A stretch of DNA of 49,447 nt, filler included, from Dimargaris cristalligena (GCA_003614675.1; 2 parts of 2 records of this genome joined end to end with filler, not necessarily neighbours in it); one strand, 5' to 3'; positions 12,898 to 25,025 are shown, counted from the first letter of the whole stretch. The notes: generated by a model not told the origin, from the letters alone. Numbers and translations are program-made.

Positions 12898-13920
12898 TTA
12901 CGACTCCAACCGCATCCTATACATAATTTCCTCACTCGACTGTTTCACTTCGCGACCTCCACCACCGAAACCGCCGCTGGAATTGATGTCCGACCGGTCG
13001 CCCCTGAAATGGACCTGGGTAATAACCGATGGCCGAATCGAATAGGTAATGAGTTCCCCCCGCTCCTCCATCCGAATAAGCATAATGTCAATCGGATTAT
13101 TAGGTGGGGTAAGGCCCTGGACCAGTTTGCGCGCCCCCTGTTTGGATACGGCATAGCCGTGCGTACAAGCGGGGGTGTCCCCCCGGTAAAGGTTGGCCTT
13201 GAGGTCCACGGCGTACCGTAACTCGCCTACACTATCCCCGCAGTGGCCCAAGAAAAAGGCGTCCCACGGCTGTTCCCCGATGGCCGCACGGGCCCGGGCG
13301 ACTTTCAGGCTAATGTTCCAGTCAAAGTCAATGTCGTCCTCTAGAATGAGGGCCGTCTCGATGGCGGGATTGTCAACCACTTCCTGGTACACGCGCATGT
13401 GGCTGTCCCAACAGGCCAAGTGACTGTCGCCCATGTCTTCGGAGCCGGGCGGGAACTTGGACCGGTCGAGGGTGAGTTTGTCGGTGGCGGGGAAGACGGT
13501 CATATTGAGATGCATAAAGTCGGCGAGTTGACGCATGCGGAACATATGGTCCGTGCGGCGTTCCAAATTGATCACGAATACTTTGTCGAACCCCAGGCGG
13601 GTGGTGGGCAGGGTCGCAGGCCCCCCATAGCCTTCCTGGTATGATTCCAGGGTGGGTCGAAGTACAGTGCCTCGTGGTGGTGGGTCGTACTCCCGCACAA
13701 ACACATTGAGATGGTAGCTGAGGATAGTCATGGCAATTAGGGATAGTACAATGTAGGCCAGCATAAGCCAGCCCTTGATACGCCGAAAGAAACGGCGGAT
13801 ACGGCCCAGTTTGGAGACCGGGGCAGTATAGAGCGGGTACTCAGGGGTTGGCGACGAGTTAGAGCCCACCGGGCTGAGCATTAATTGCTCATAGTCTTTG
13901 GAGGAGGGCGACTTGAACAT
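12898..13920 (-). CDS. GT25-family glycosyltransferase, type II membrane protein (paralog 1)
   Basis: Single TM helix after a basic patch; GT25 motifs FDKVFVINLERRTD, LACWDSH, ALILEDD, CTHGYAVS, PID. ATG at 13920. Confidence 0.9.
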   Translation of the reverse strand: MFKSPSSKDYEQLMLSPVGSNSSPTPEYPLYTAPVSKLGRIRRFFRRIKGWLMLAYIVLSLIAMTILSYHLNVFVREYDPPPRGTVLRPTLESYQEGYGGPATLPTTRLGFDKVFVINLERRTDHMFRMRQLADFMHLNMTVFPATDKLTLDRSKFPPGSEDMGDSHLACWDSHMRVYQEVVDNPAIETALILEDDIDFDWNISLKVARARAAIGEQPWDAFFLGHCGDSVGELRYAVDLKANLYRGDTPACTHGYAVSKQGARKLVQGLTPPNNPIDIMLIRMEERGELITYSIRPSVITQVHFRGDRSDINSSGGFGGGGREVKQSSEEIMYRMRLES

Positions 13921-15266
13921 GGTGACGGTATACAATTGCGTAGGCGTCACACCAGAGACTTAGTATAAACTAAATGCCGACCAACTTTAGAGGCCGGGTT
14001 GTATTAATACTAGCTGTAATCGTTTAAATGCAATAATGATAACTTAAAAGTTATAGAAGGGACAAGTGCTTGTCAAAAATCAAATAGGCAGATATATACA
14101 TATATGAAGTGCACGGTCGTTTGCGAATGTAAGACTCTACGAGCTCTGATTATCAGCAAGAGTGTAAATGCGAAAAATAGAAGCCTGGGTAGTTAACATA
14201 CACATATATATATTCGTATCTAAGGTTAGAAAAGGGTGAGCTGGAGTAAAAGATGAAGTCCACTGGTTTATTTTATTCCTACCGCATTTATTTTAAAATA
14301 TTCGCAGGTTTTGGATAACTTGTTTATGTAATTTTAGCGCCTGCAACGAAGACTGCATATTATAGAGCCTAAATTTTAGTCCCCGCCAGTTTGGCTTCAC
14401 TAGTTTACAGTTGGCACGTCCACTATAATCCCATATGTACTTATTCGCATTGAGCGGAAGGGGTGTTTCCCTTGTATACATCGTTACACAGTATTCCCTA
14501 CTTGCCATTGAACCTCGGGTATTTGGGGGGGCACAACGGGAGAAATACTCTCCCGCTTTCATTGTAAAGGGCTCGCCAAGACCACCAACTACACCCCTAA
14601 CTAGAGTAGCTGTATTACATTAAAAAGTGTGGCTTATGCGTACTACGTTATGTCGTTAATAAAGTAACATAGATTAGTCAAATCCTTCGCCGGTACACCA
14701 CTGTTGGGCTCTAACCTCGAGATATTGGACTTGGAGCTGTGAGTGAAGGTCATGGTTCCCCTTTTGGCGCAGTTTAATGTCCCTGGGTCCTGGTTCCCTA
14801 CATGTTGATACTGGTGCTTTTTCCTAGTTGGAGGAGACTTCTCCACGGATGGGCATACTTAACATTTTGGATGGGCTGACCTGAGATGGTAGGTTGACGG
14901 GAGGGACTTTAGGGAAGGTGTGTTATGAAATCACCCCCGATGCCTCTGACATCACCTGGTCCTGGCCCTCAAGTTCATCAACAACGTCAGGTCCCCATGA
15001 TACACCCAGTAAATTGATGTTTGCACCCATGATGTCATGATTCCTTGGGCCTTGATTAAAACCAACAGACCTCGGCCTCCTTAGGAGGATATCCCTTGAA
15101 CTCATTTTTATCAAATAAACACTTGGTTATTATCTTACTTACAACTCTGATTTTATACTTAGGCATTTATAATCATTGATATAACTATATTGTATCAAGC
15201 TCAACTCAAAAATAACATAACAGGTGTATATTAAAAATACAAGTACCAGTATTTGCTCAACAATAT

Positions 15267-16040
15267 TGTCACCCAGGTTTACCACTCTTAGTCTGTCAAG
15301 AGTCCTAGGGATAGGCTTCTAATGGTAGGCAGGGCTTAGGCTCGGCCAAGTAGGCTACTAGCATTAGGATGGGGGGGGGTAGGGTACTAACTAATAAAGG
15401 AGTGTACAGACCAAATGTAAGGGATGTGCAGTGGGCACACTTACTGGTTAGATGGGGGAGTGAGTATATATAGAGTTTATTGGGGTAAACTAAGGAATAG
15501 GAATAAGCTAAGGAATTGAGCTAGTCCCAGTGGGGCCTGGTTATATATACATAGGGATGGCTCCAGAGGGAGGTCCCAAGGGAATACTATTAAGACTAGA
15601 GTATGGATAGGTAAAAGAGTCCAACCAGATGACTTTGCATCAGGAAGACTCTCATAGGAACTGGAAGAGTCTTGGATCAGTAAGTTGAGTATTTGGGGTG
15701 CAAAGCATTGGGGTTGAAATGAGTGGGGTTATATAATAAATGATGACCCCATAGTACCAGGGGTGACTATAGGAGAGGGTTAATATGGTACTATAAGGCC
15801 TAATAAGGATGGGTGATTGTTAGGTCTGGTTTAAGTTGGATTAGGAGGGCTGACAGGGCTAACTATTGTAAGGGGTGGGGGGTAGGCAGAACTAATAAAC
15901 TATATGATACCTATAGAGTTTGACTGAGTTTTATGTAGCTGAGTAGACTAAGAATAAATGTATAGAGTCAGCACAGAATAATCTAAGATATGCTGCTAGG
16001 GGATATGGTATATTGGTAGATACTAATAATAACTGAATGG
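15267..16040. mobile_element. Degenerate LTR/retroelement-like remnant in a CpG-depleted tract
   Basis: Starts TGTCACCCAGGTTTACCACTCTTAGT, nearly identical to the start of the element at 24527; about one CpG in ~950 bp. Right boundary not determined. Confidence 0.4.
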
Positions 16041-16057
16041 CGAATTTGGATGCATAG

Positions 16058-16191
16058 AATATGGGTGAAATTCGGCCCAGGCGTATAAGGTTTTAAATAA
16101 TTAGTATATGGGATACTTAATTTTAACCAGCAATATTTGCTTCATCCAACGGATTTTTTGTTATACAGCTCGGTTGAACCTTTCCCATATG
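16058..16191 (+). mobile_element. MITE copy A (~135 bp)
   Basis: Ends ATATGGGTGAAATTCGGCCCAG and CAGCTCGGTTGAACCTTTCCCATATG form imperfect ~30-bp TIRs; homologous to copies at 25893, 26191, 39838 and 42857. Confidence 0.8.
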
Positions 16192-16579
16192 TGAATAGGG
16201 GGGTGGTCCTTCAGTGGTTGAATTGCCATATCCTATTGATAATGGCAGGTCATGCCAGCACTGAGATCCCAGGGATGGGTCTGCATAAGCCCCCTTAATT
16301 ATTAGGCATGGCCCACTTTGGTAGTATTTAAGTTTGCCACTGACCTCAACCACAGTCCCATAGTGAAACTAGGTTTCTTGCGTCAGTTTGGGCATGGGGA
16401 CTGCATGTAAGAGCATATATACAATACAACCATGTTACACTTCATTCCCGTTAAGCAATTTATTACTATGGAGAGACCAACGCAAAGAATAATTAAATGG
16501 ATATGGTCCTTTTGGGCAATATTACTAATATTAATAAATGTATAATACGATATGAAATACAACTACACTTCGTCGTGTA

Positions 16580-17549
16580 TTAGTGCAGCTGCCTGAGCAG
16601 CTTTAGTCGCCCCTCGGCAGAAGTGTCTACATTGTCACCAACATAGCCAAACTTGCCATCGGGGTTAATATCCGACTGGTCTCCTTTGAGGTGCACCTGA
16701 GTTATCAAGGGCGGGTGCATGGCGAGACTCTCCAGCACTTTGCGGGTAATTAAATTATCCAGCATGATGTCCACCGGGGCATTGGGTGGGGTCAGCTCCT
16801 GGACCAACTTACGGGCACCCCGCTTGGATACCGCATAGCCATGGGTACACGCCGGTGAACTAGAATGGAACACCCCGGGAAATGAGTCGAGGGCATTCCG
16901 GGGGTTTCCCCAGCCGGATTCACAATGGCCCAGGTAGAAAATGTCCCAAGGTCGGTCACCAATGGCTGCACGGGCCCGAGCCACTTTAGCTACGATATCA
17001 AAGTCAAAGTCGACATCGTCCTCCAGGATGAGGGCTGTCTCGATGGCGGGGTTATCGACCACTTCCTGGTACACTCGCATGTGACTATCCCAGCAGGCCA
17101 GGTAACTATCCCCCATACCCTCGGAGCCAGGTGGGAACTTGGACCGGTCGAGGGTGAGTTTGTCGGTGGCGGAGAAGACGGTCATATTGAGATGCATAAA
17201 GTCAGCAATTCCACGCATGCGAGCCAAATGGTCCGGACGGCGCTCCAAATTAATGACAAATACTTGGTCGAACCCCAACCGGGTGAGGGGCGTTAACGAA
17301 GTTTCTTGAACCTCTGTGGTGGCGTCCAGGTCGACCTTTTGGGCGGAGTCATAGTGACTACAGGCCAGGTAAACGTTGGTGGCCAGGGAAATAGTCGTAA
17401 TAAGTGCGGCGCCCCATAGTATCAACCGGTGGCGTTTAGTTGGCCTCGGGGGGGTGGCTGGAGGTTGGTGAGTGAGGGAGGTCGGGACCAGTGGAAATTG
17501 AAATTAGGGGGAGGTAATCCTTGGGCGATGTTCCGAGGGGTCCGGACAT
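16580..17549 (-). CDS. GT25-family glycosyltransferase (paralog 2), with an apparent +1 frameshift near the 5' end
   Basis: The long frame 16580-17425 has the TM helix and all GT25 motifs but no in-frame ATG before the TM. ATG 17549 gives MSGPLGTSPKDYLPL (compare paralog 1 SPSSKDYEQL) and is one base out of frame; a C7 run lies at 17448-17454. Confidence 0.8.
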
Positions 17550-19022
17550 GGCTTGGGATAGGAAAGATGAAGGGAAATTGGGTGGGGTCAGAAAGAACCG
17601 ACTTAAGGGGTCAGCGAGGGCAGTGAATAGAGCAGGGTAAGCCTAGTCTACTAATATAAGGGTGAGGTGCCGGCTATTAGATGATTGAAAAAAATATAGA
17701 GAACGAGGCGTAAAATATTCAGCGTAAGGTAAATGCTGGTGGTAGTATCTGGGGGAGGGGGGGTATAAATAATGCTGGCCGTTTGTGGTTTGTCGTCGAG
17801 GATAAATCCTACCAAGACATATTGGCCATCGACACACACCAATAAATTGTAACCTATACGTCGATTCAACTCTGTGCGTGTAACATGCGCTAGTAAACCT
17901 TTACAATCAATCGCCAACAAAAATTATAGGGGGCTTATTCGTTATCCAATAATTGGCAAGGGCTCACTGTAATCGGCCTGTGGTCCCCATAGATGGCTTT
18001 ATGCTAGGTATGATAACCCCCCCCCCCCCCACCGCTTTGGAATATACAAAGGGGTACCCATATATCACGGACGAATGTTATACCTCGCTGGCCATACCCC
18101 CGCCAGCCCGGTACCTGGTCCATCCTATAGGAGCTCCAATCATGCCAACGGAAGATACTTTAGTCAAAGAAGCAATATGTAAAGTATACTCGTTAAATGG
18201 GTAGGCCAGCCCAAATGCGCGGAAAATGTAATAGTTGCTGCTAACCTACTATACAAGTAGTGCGCCGCAATTGCCATCGCCCCTAGCCCCCTGTTGGAAA
18301 TACCAAAGGAACATGGGTAAACATGAGTGAAAGGGAAAAAAGCAGTTGGAGGACAGTAGGTGCCTCTAAGCGGTTAGTTTTATTGAATAGAGTAGCCGGT
18401 AGGGGGGCATTACAAGTGGTTGGAATGAGAGGACAAAGAATACCTAAATGAACGAACGTAATCGGTCAGAAACACGAGATAATAATAGACAAGTCGAGAC
18501 ACATTTTTCAACGCCCCGTAGGGGCTATTTGGAGGCACACCTTGATTGCATTCTCACATTAATCGCTGTCACGAAGGAATTGGACTGTAGTGAAGTGTTC
18601 ATCTGTGCTCCTACGGTCCATAATGGTATCTAATATGTTAACTATCGCTCATTACATTTTGTTAATTTAATTAGTGTTGTTATACCAACGGTATAATTAT
18701 TAAATGCAATGTCAATTTACGAGTTTGCCATCCTGTTCATTTCGTCTAATAAACCAAACCGATGTATAATTGTTCAAAAAAATATAGTGTGGTTTCCTTA
18801 TTGTACACGATATTTACTCTCAGCGACTGATGGATAGGTAACTACACTCAATAGCATCCTACCCACAGGCCTTTACGCCCCATGGTACATACTCAACCTG
18901 TCTGAATCCCGCAAAATCGTATTAACAAGAGTATTGCTGACTAATAATTTAATTATTGCACATCTTGTATTATACTTTGTTACGTGGACGAGCGGCAAAA
19001 TGGGAAAGGTCGAGATAAAAGA

Positions 19023-19173
19023 TATAGATACTTTATTGTGTAGGATGTAGCAATCAGGAAAGCGTCTCCTCGAGCAAGAGGGGGGCGGGAGCAGTTGGTT
19101 TTGATAACCGATATCGGGGCAAATCCTCCTGTCCTGTTGTGTGTCATACTGGCGCTGCTATTAGCTAAGTGGA
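19023..19173. repeat. Diverged non-coding duplicate, copy 1
   Basis: Collinear with 23150-23298 (TATAGATA.TTTATTGTGTAGGAT...CGGGAGCA...GTTTTGATA...GTCCTG...ACTGGC..TGCTATT.GC.AAGTGGA). Confidence 0.75.
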
Positions 19174-20648
19174 CGGTAACAGCTTTTAATCGTTTTAAAA
19201 TGTGCCTGTTCTGAGTTTAATCCTTGTTAACGAGATGTAGGCGCTCCGTTGAATAACCGACTCAAAATAGAGAACTGCCGATTATTGCCTTTACAGATAT
19301 TCACTGGTTGGGCTTCTTTTCTTTTTTCGATTTCATATAGTAGGTAGCAGCATTACCGCCCAATATGTGGCCCTGTATAAGTAAAAGCAATTATTCCCTG
19401 TACAGCATCGTTGTCATTTTGTGTCGTTGGAACTCCCGTCAAAATGGTATATATGTTAACCCCCAGATATGCCTCGCCCAATTTAGGGGTTCCTCCGTCT
19501 TCAGTTTGTAGGGAGTGGGCCTCATTGACTTTGGGTCGTGGAGAAATAGTGGCATCATTCTCCACTTACATCCCCCGGTCCAAAAGCCGCATATAGAACC
19601 CTAAATCGAGTATGGATGGTAGAATCAGTTAAATTATACATTTAGGTAGCTTGAATGGTTGGATTTTTTCCAGCTCAACACTCGTATCCGCCACTATGGG
19701 CTTATTTCTGAGATCAATATCCAAGTCTACAGCGACCGCCTCTCACTCTGGAATATTGTCAAGTTAGTCACATCCTCGAGGCTTGGCGTGATTGGTAAAG
19801 TCGAATGACCATTCGGCCCTCACCAAAAATCTGATACCAGCCATACCACTAGGCATCACAGGCAGAAAATACGAAAAGGGATCAGTGAAAAAGGTAGGAC
19901 GGCACATAGGGGGTTCAAGTATGGTTGTGCGCCTTTGGCACACTCACCGGGTCTTGTAAGTGGCAATGCCTGCTTTCGTGTAACACTCCATGGAGCCGGA
20001 CTGTTCACCCCATCTCAGATGCAAGGCTAGAGGGTTAGGGCCGGCTTGAATAGGGTGGATACTGAGTATGGGGGTAATGTAAACGGATGAAATGAGGCCC
20101 AGCTGAGCATAAGAGCTCAGCTGATTCGTGCTACGTCGGTGGAAATGTAAACAATAGATGTGTCAAGACTGTCAGCTCAGGCCATACGGTCTGTCCCGAA
20201 TTTGGCAAAGTGGAAGTCGATATAGGCGTGCCTGGACGAGCACAATTGTTGTACTAGGGGCTACTGCAAACGTTTAAACTAGTGCATACAGTCCACATGT
20301 CTGAGGTTCCCATCACTCCACAGAATATATTATACGCTGGTATTGAACTGCTTCATGCCACTAGCACCAGTTATACCCCACAGTAAACCATTATCCTAAA
20401 CTATTAAGAATATATCTCAATACTCTGTTTTTTATACTGTATATAAGGTTTAATATGTATGTTATGTTTTTGGGGCCTCTCAGTATACAAAATGATATTG
20501 TAGGACGGTTTTTATATATAAAAATGTAAAGTATCAGCGGCCTTAAAACAAATACAAAAGTAGAAATCATTAAATCGTTAAAAGCTCATGTAGCCAGGGA
20601 TACGCATATTGCCCAGTGGAAACGGATAGTGCCATAATACGATTGCGA

Positions 20649-21713
20649 CTACTTGAGCAACCTCATCATGTTCAGTCGCTCCTCAGCCGAAATTTGAACA
20701 TCTTCACCAGTGATACCGAACCCACCGTCACCGTTAATCTCCGACCGATCCCCTTCGAGGTGCACTTGCGAGATTATCGACGGATGCATAGCCAAACTGT
20801 CGAGTTTCCCATCTTTGAAGATGTCCATGACCATAAGATCTACCGGTCCAGTGGGTGGGGACAATTCCTTGACCAGCTTACGAGCACCGCTCTTGGATAC
20901 AGCGTAACCGTGGAGACAGACCGGGGCACTAGAATGGTACACGCCCGCGGACGCATCGATAGCATTGGCCGTGTTGCCCTCGCGGGGGCCACAGTGGCCT
21001 ACGAAGAAAATATCCCAAGCGCGGTCACCAATGGCGGCAAAGGCTGCCGTTAATTTGGCCGCCAGGTCCAGCTCGAAATCGGCATCGTCTTCCAGGATAA
21101 GGGCGGTTTCAATGGCCGGATTGTCGGCGACTTCCTGAATCACCCGCCGGTGACTGTCCCAGCAGGCTAGGTGGCCGTCGCCCATGCCTTCGGAGCCGGG
21201 CGGGAATGTGGACCGGTCGAGGGTGAGTTTGTCGGTAGCGGCAAAGACGGTCATGTTCAAATGCATGAAATCGGCAATTTGCCGCATGCGGGCCAAGTGG
21301 TCGGGCCGGCGCTCCAGGTTGATAAGGAACACCTCATCGAACCCCAGTCGGGTGCGAGGAATCGACAAACGGTTAATAAATTCGGGATAACCTTTCGGAT
21401 TAGCCGGGTTATTGCCGGCATAATATGCGGACAAAGGGGGTCGTTGGGTCGCTGAGGTTCGCGGGGTTGCCTGTTTTGACTGCTTTGATGACGTTGCCAG
21501 GGATTTGAGTTGGCTGGCGGCATTATGGAGGCGACAAGCCAGAACAATGTTGACAATAATAGACGCAATCGCAATAGGCAGGAAACTCCATAGGACTATG
21601 CGCCGTAGTTTGCTTGTTTTGGAGACTTTGGCAGGGGCTGGCAAGTCCAGGTCGTCGGGGACACGCACCGCGGCCAGGTGGGTCCTGGAAGAGGAGTCAA
21701 AGGCGTTGGACAT
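20649..21713 (-). CDS. GT25-family glycosyltransferase, type II membrane protein (paralog 3)
   Basis: 354-aa ORF with a TM helix (IVLWSFLPIAIASIIVNIVLAC) and motifs FDEVFLINLERRPD, LACWDSH, ALILEDD, CLHGYAVS. Confidence 0.9.
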   Translation of the reverse strand: MSNAFDSSSRTHLAAVRVPDDLDLPAPAKVSKTSKLRRIVLWSFLPIAIASIIVNIVLACRLHNAASQLKSLATSSKQSKQATPRTSATQRPPLSAYYAGNNPANPKGYPEFINRLSIPRTRLGFDEVFLINLERRPDHLARMRQIADFMHLNMTVFAATDKLTLDRSTFPPGSEGMGDGHLACWDSHRRVIQEVADNPAIETALILEDDADFELDLAAKLTAAFAAIGDRAWDIFFVGHCGPREGNTANAIDASAGVYHSSAPVCLHGYAVSKSGARKLVKELSPPTGPVDLMVMDIFKDGKLDSLAMHPSIISQVHLEGDRSEINGDGGFGITGEDVQISAEERLNMMRLLK

Positions 21714-23149
21714 GGTTTCGAGCCAAAGTTGTGGTTGTAGAAAAATCGGGATAGATAATGGGCTGACTAGCAGTAAATGTGGGCAAGCGCTACAAGCTCT
21801 AAATTTAGCACCGGAGCCAGATGGCTTGTAGTTTAGAGTGCCGGTTTCAGAGCCGGGGTATGGTTGAGGTGATTCCGGGAAGTGGGCTCGACCAGCTAAA
21901 CATAGACTAGTGACAACGGTGGCTTGCTATTGAAAACGATGAGCGGACGGGGCTTATAGGAAAACAACGAGAATAGGACATGTTGTGGTATCCATTGGGG
22001 TGTTATTGAATATATATATAGGGGTATACATGGACTGAGATATACTATCTATGTTATTCAAGTATAGTCGATCTACATTTATTGAGGTCTAGTACACATA
22101 TTATTATTATTTTTTGATTCACCGAGAGGGCATAGAGGCCATCTTAGGGCGACCCAATTTTGTGACCTCTTGACTAAAGGGAAACCCCAAGGATACACGG
22201 CCGAAATACAAGTGCTTGGCAGGGAACTCCCTTCCTTTATTTTACAGGAGAATATGGCTTTTGTCCTGCGCTCAAGGTTACGCAAGGGACAATGAGGAAA
22301 AGGAAAGGCGCTACTGTGTGTGTGTTGAGAGGTATATATATACAGGGTTTTTGCTTTGTCTAATTATAAATCACGTCAACTTGAAGTTTTAGATGTATAG
22401 ATTATAGCAAAATAGATACTATTTTTCCAGATGGGCTTGGGAGACACCGTTCGGTGCAGATACAGCGCCACCCTCTTGGGGAACACCACGGATTCCTTCC
22501 AAAGGTGGATATCTCCACTGGTTTGACACTTGACCCTAAGGTCCACCCATTTCTCACTTCTACTAAACACCTATAATAAGGCAATTTTTCTATTATGTAA
22601 GGTATAATCTATGGAATGTTTTATAAAAATGCATATTGGCTGCATTTATAACCCATTTATTCTTACAGCAATTCAGGGCACCGAGTAGCAGTGACTGTCC
22701 CCCCAAGGACAACGAATTAGGGACTTACGGGTGATGAGACTTAAACTGGCCCGACAAAACACCAAGCAATAGCATTATTCTATGCTGTTGGTAAATATAG
22801 TCACTGGCGCTCGTATTGGAAATTTACCAATATCACACACAGGCATACTCATATACCACGCCCCTTTAGCCGCCTTAGATATCTTCCTCCTGGATACACC
22901 ACCGAGTCTTGGCTAGTACCCCACTACCACACTATTGTTTTCAATTTTTTTTTGAGCTCCTCCTCCTTTTCCATCTCATATTGGGCTTGCAGTGTCTCGT
23001 TTATTAATATATCGGGTGACTTGAATTTGCTCTTTAGTCAACGGAATGCCGTACCATTCCTCCAATTTTCTATACTCAACAATACCCTGGGCTTCGCTCA
23101 CTCTGGTATTGTTCTTTTTATGGGCCAATTGGGATTAAATGCGACAGAC

Positions 23150-23298
23150 TATAGATAGTTTATTGTGTAGGATTCATGAAGGAAGGAGCCTCCCAGAGCT
23201 AGGGGAAGACGGGAGCACTGTGTTTTGATAATATCTGGGGGAGGTAAATGTTCTCGTCCTGCCGGTTGTTACACTGGCTGTGCTATTGGCCAAGTGGA
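23150..23298. repeat. Diverged non-coding duplicate, copy 2
   Basis: Collinear with 19023-19173. Confidence 0.75.
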
Positions 23299-24526
23299 TC
23301 GTTGCGCTACAAACAATGCTGTTTGTGAACCAGTTGCGCCTCTTTTGATACTTATAGAGTAGTAGGGTACCCTAAATCCTTTAGTGGAAAAAAATGGGGT
23401 ACATCCTGATATCTAGTCAACTGAGCAGACCCTAGGTTCCAACAAGGAAATTCCTGCCATTGAGTAGGCTTGTACGTGGTTTCATTAGTCATAAAAAAAA
23501 TCATTAATTTTTCCTGCCAAACCAGTCACACACACTTATATCCATTATCATATTTTCTCAAAAATGGGTAAAGTATATCATGGCAGAGTAGCACAGTGTG
23601 TACTAGGATTTAGGGGCCTAGCTCCTATGCATATTCTAGGGGAATGGGCATTAGGGTGTCTGGGCATAGGATAGAGAACCAGGTTGAAGGTAAATGTTGT
23701 CAGCTCAAGTTTTTAAGTTTTCTGTTCCAGAACCAAATACTGGCTTGAATTTTACCAAAAGATCATTTCCCATAAATAAATACCTTATTTTACTCTCATT
23801 TTTTACCTCCCTAACATCACCATGGACACAGTGGTAAGGTATTCAGGGAGTGTGGGTGTATATAACAGGGTATTATGACTTACACAGCACCAAGTAACAT
23901 TAGTAATGATGTTGTGTAATCCAATGACTTTTACATCAGTGTGTATGGCCAATAGATGGTCATCACCTAGGAGGAATGTGTATACACCTGTCAAACTTCA
24001 GTAATAGAGTACCCAGTCTCTATTCACCTCTATTGTAAAGGTACTATAAAGAGGGAATAGTGGCTTTATCCCCTTGGTTTTCCATACCAACTACTATGCC
24101 TTGGGTAGCAATGCCAGGATTGATTGGTGGGAATCAAGGGAGCTTAGAATGAGGTACCTTTGAAAATGAGTCCAGAGTGTACCAATAGGAAGTGTGGTGG
24201 CCACAAAGATCCTTCATATTCCCAACTCCATTATTCAATGGAATGGTTACTCTTGGGGTTAGCTGAGGTGGTGTGGGTGTATTGGTATTTGTCAAGCAGC
24301 TACATTAGTCTGAGAGTAGCTATGCATTATATTAAATTATGACTTATTGTAAATGTCATATAATAGAGTAAATACAGGGTCTACTTTTGGTATACTATTA
24401 GCTTACATAAACCTATACTCAAGGCCCTCAATGATAATGCAGAGGGGTATTTACATATATAAATAGATGCTATTTCCCCTCTATCTCTTCCATAGCTGCT
24501 TAACAATATAGGTAAACTACAGTCAT

Positions 24527-24825
24527 TGTCACCCAAGTTAACCACTTTTAGTATAAAGAACTGAAATCAAATCCTTGAAAACTGAACTTTATTTGAAAAA
24601 ATAGATAATAAGAAGGGAAAGGTGATGATAGACTTACTGTTCCAAGAGGTAGCAGCAAGGGGGAGTATTTATACTTGAAAGNNNNNNNNNNNNNNNNNNN
24701 NNNNNNNNNNNNNNNNNNNNNNNNNTTAATTAATTAANNNNNNNNNNNNNNNNNNNNNNNNNNNNNNNNNNNNNNNNNNNNCTATGATATAGAAGGTGAT
24801 AAATGGATATAGCTATGATATGACA
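24527..24825 (-). mobile_element. LTR-like element spanning the scaffold gap
   Basis: Bounded by TGTCA...TGACA; on the minus strand TATAAATA is followed by AATAAA; the left end matches the sequence at 15267; no CpG. No matching TSD seen. Confidence 0.5.
24682..24781. other. Assembly gap (Ns) with artificial TTAATTAATTAA spacer
   Basis: 100-nt block of Ns with a central six-frame-stop linker at 24726-24737. Confidence 0.95.
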
Positions 24826-24951
24826 TTGCAATTGATAAACTAAGCTAAATATAGTAAAACGGTAGTAATTTGATTAATGGACGTTAGGTACATCATCGGT
24901 GACATCACCAAAGCTTAAGGGTGTTCAGTACCTGTCACAACAATTGTACCG

Positions 24952-25025
24952 GGTCGCATGGCCAAATTGGATAAGGCACCTGACTACGGATCAGGAGATT
25001 GCAGGTTCGAGTCCTGCTGCGATCG
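24952..25025 (+). tRNA. tRNA-Arg(ACG), intronless
   Basis: Acceptor stem GGTCGCA/TGCGATC; D arm TGGCCAAATTGGATAAGGC; anticodon arm CCTGA-CT ACG GA-TCAGG (anticodon 24986-24988); T arm GCAGG-TTCGAGT-CCTGC; followed by a T6 Pol III terminator. Confidence 0.97.

Noticed and set aside
20100..20123. Hairpin CAGCTGAGC-ATAAGA-GCTCAGCTG
   Set aside because: A single 9-bp stem with no supporting context is compatible with chance in 49 kb.
13009..21831. Mutually similar plus-strand ORFs (13399-13644, 16925-17296, 20616-21053, 21171-21455)
   Set aside because: Antisense shadows of the three GT25 paralogs; their similarity follows from the sense-strand homology.
24726..24737. TTAATTAATTAA palindrome within the N run
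   Set aside because: Artificial scaffolding spacer with stops in all six frames; not biological.
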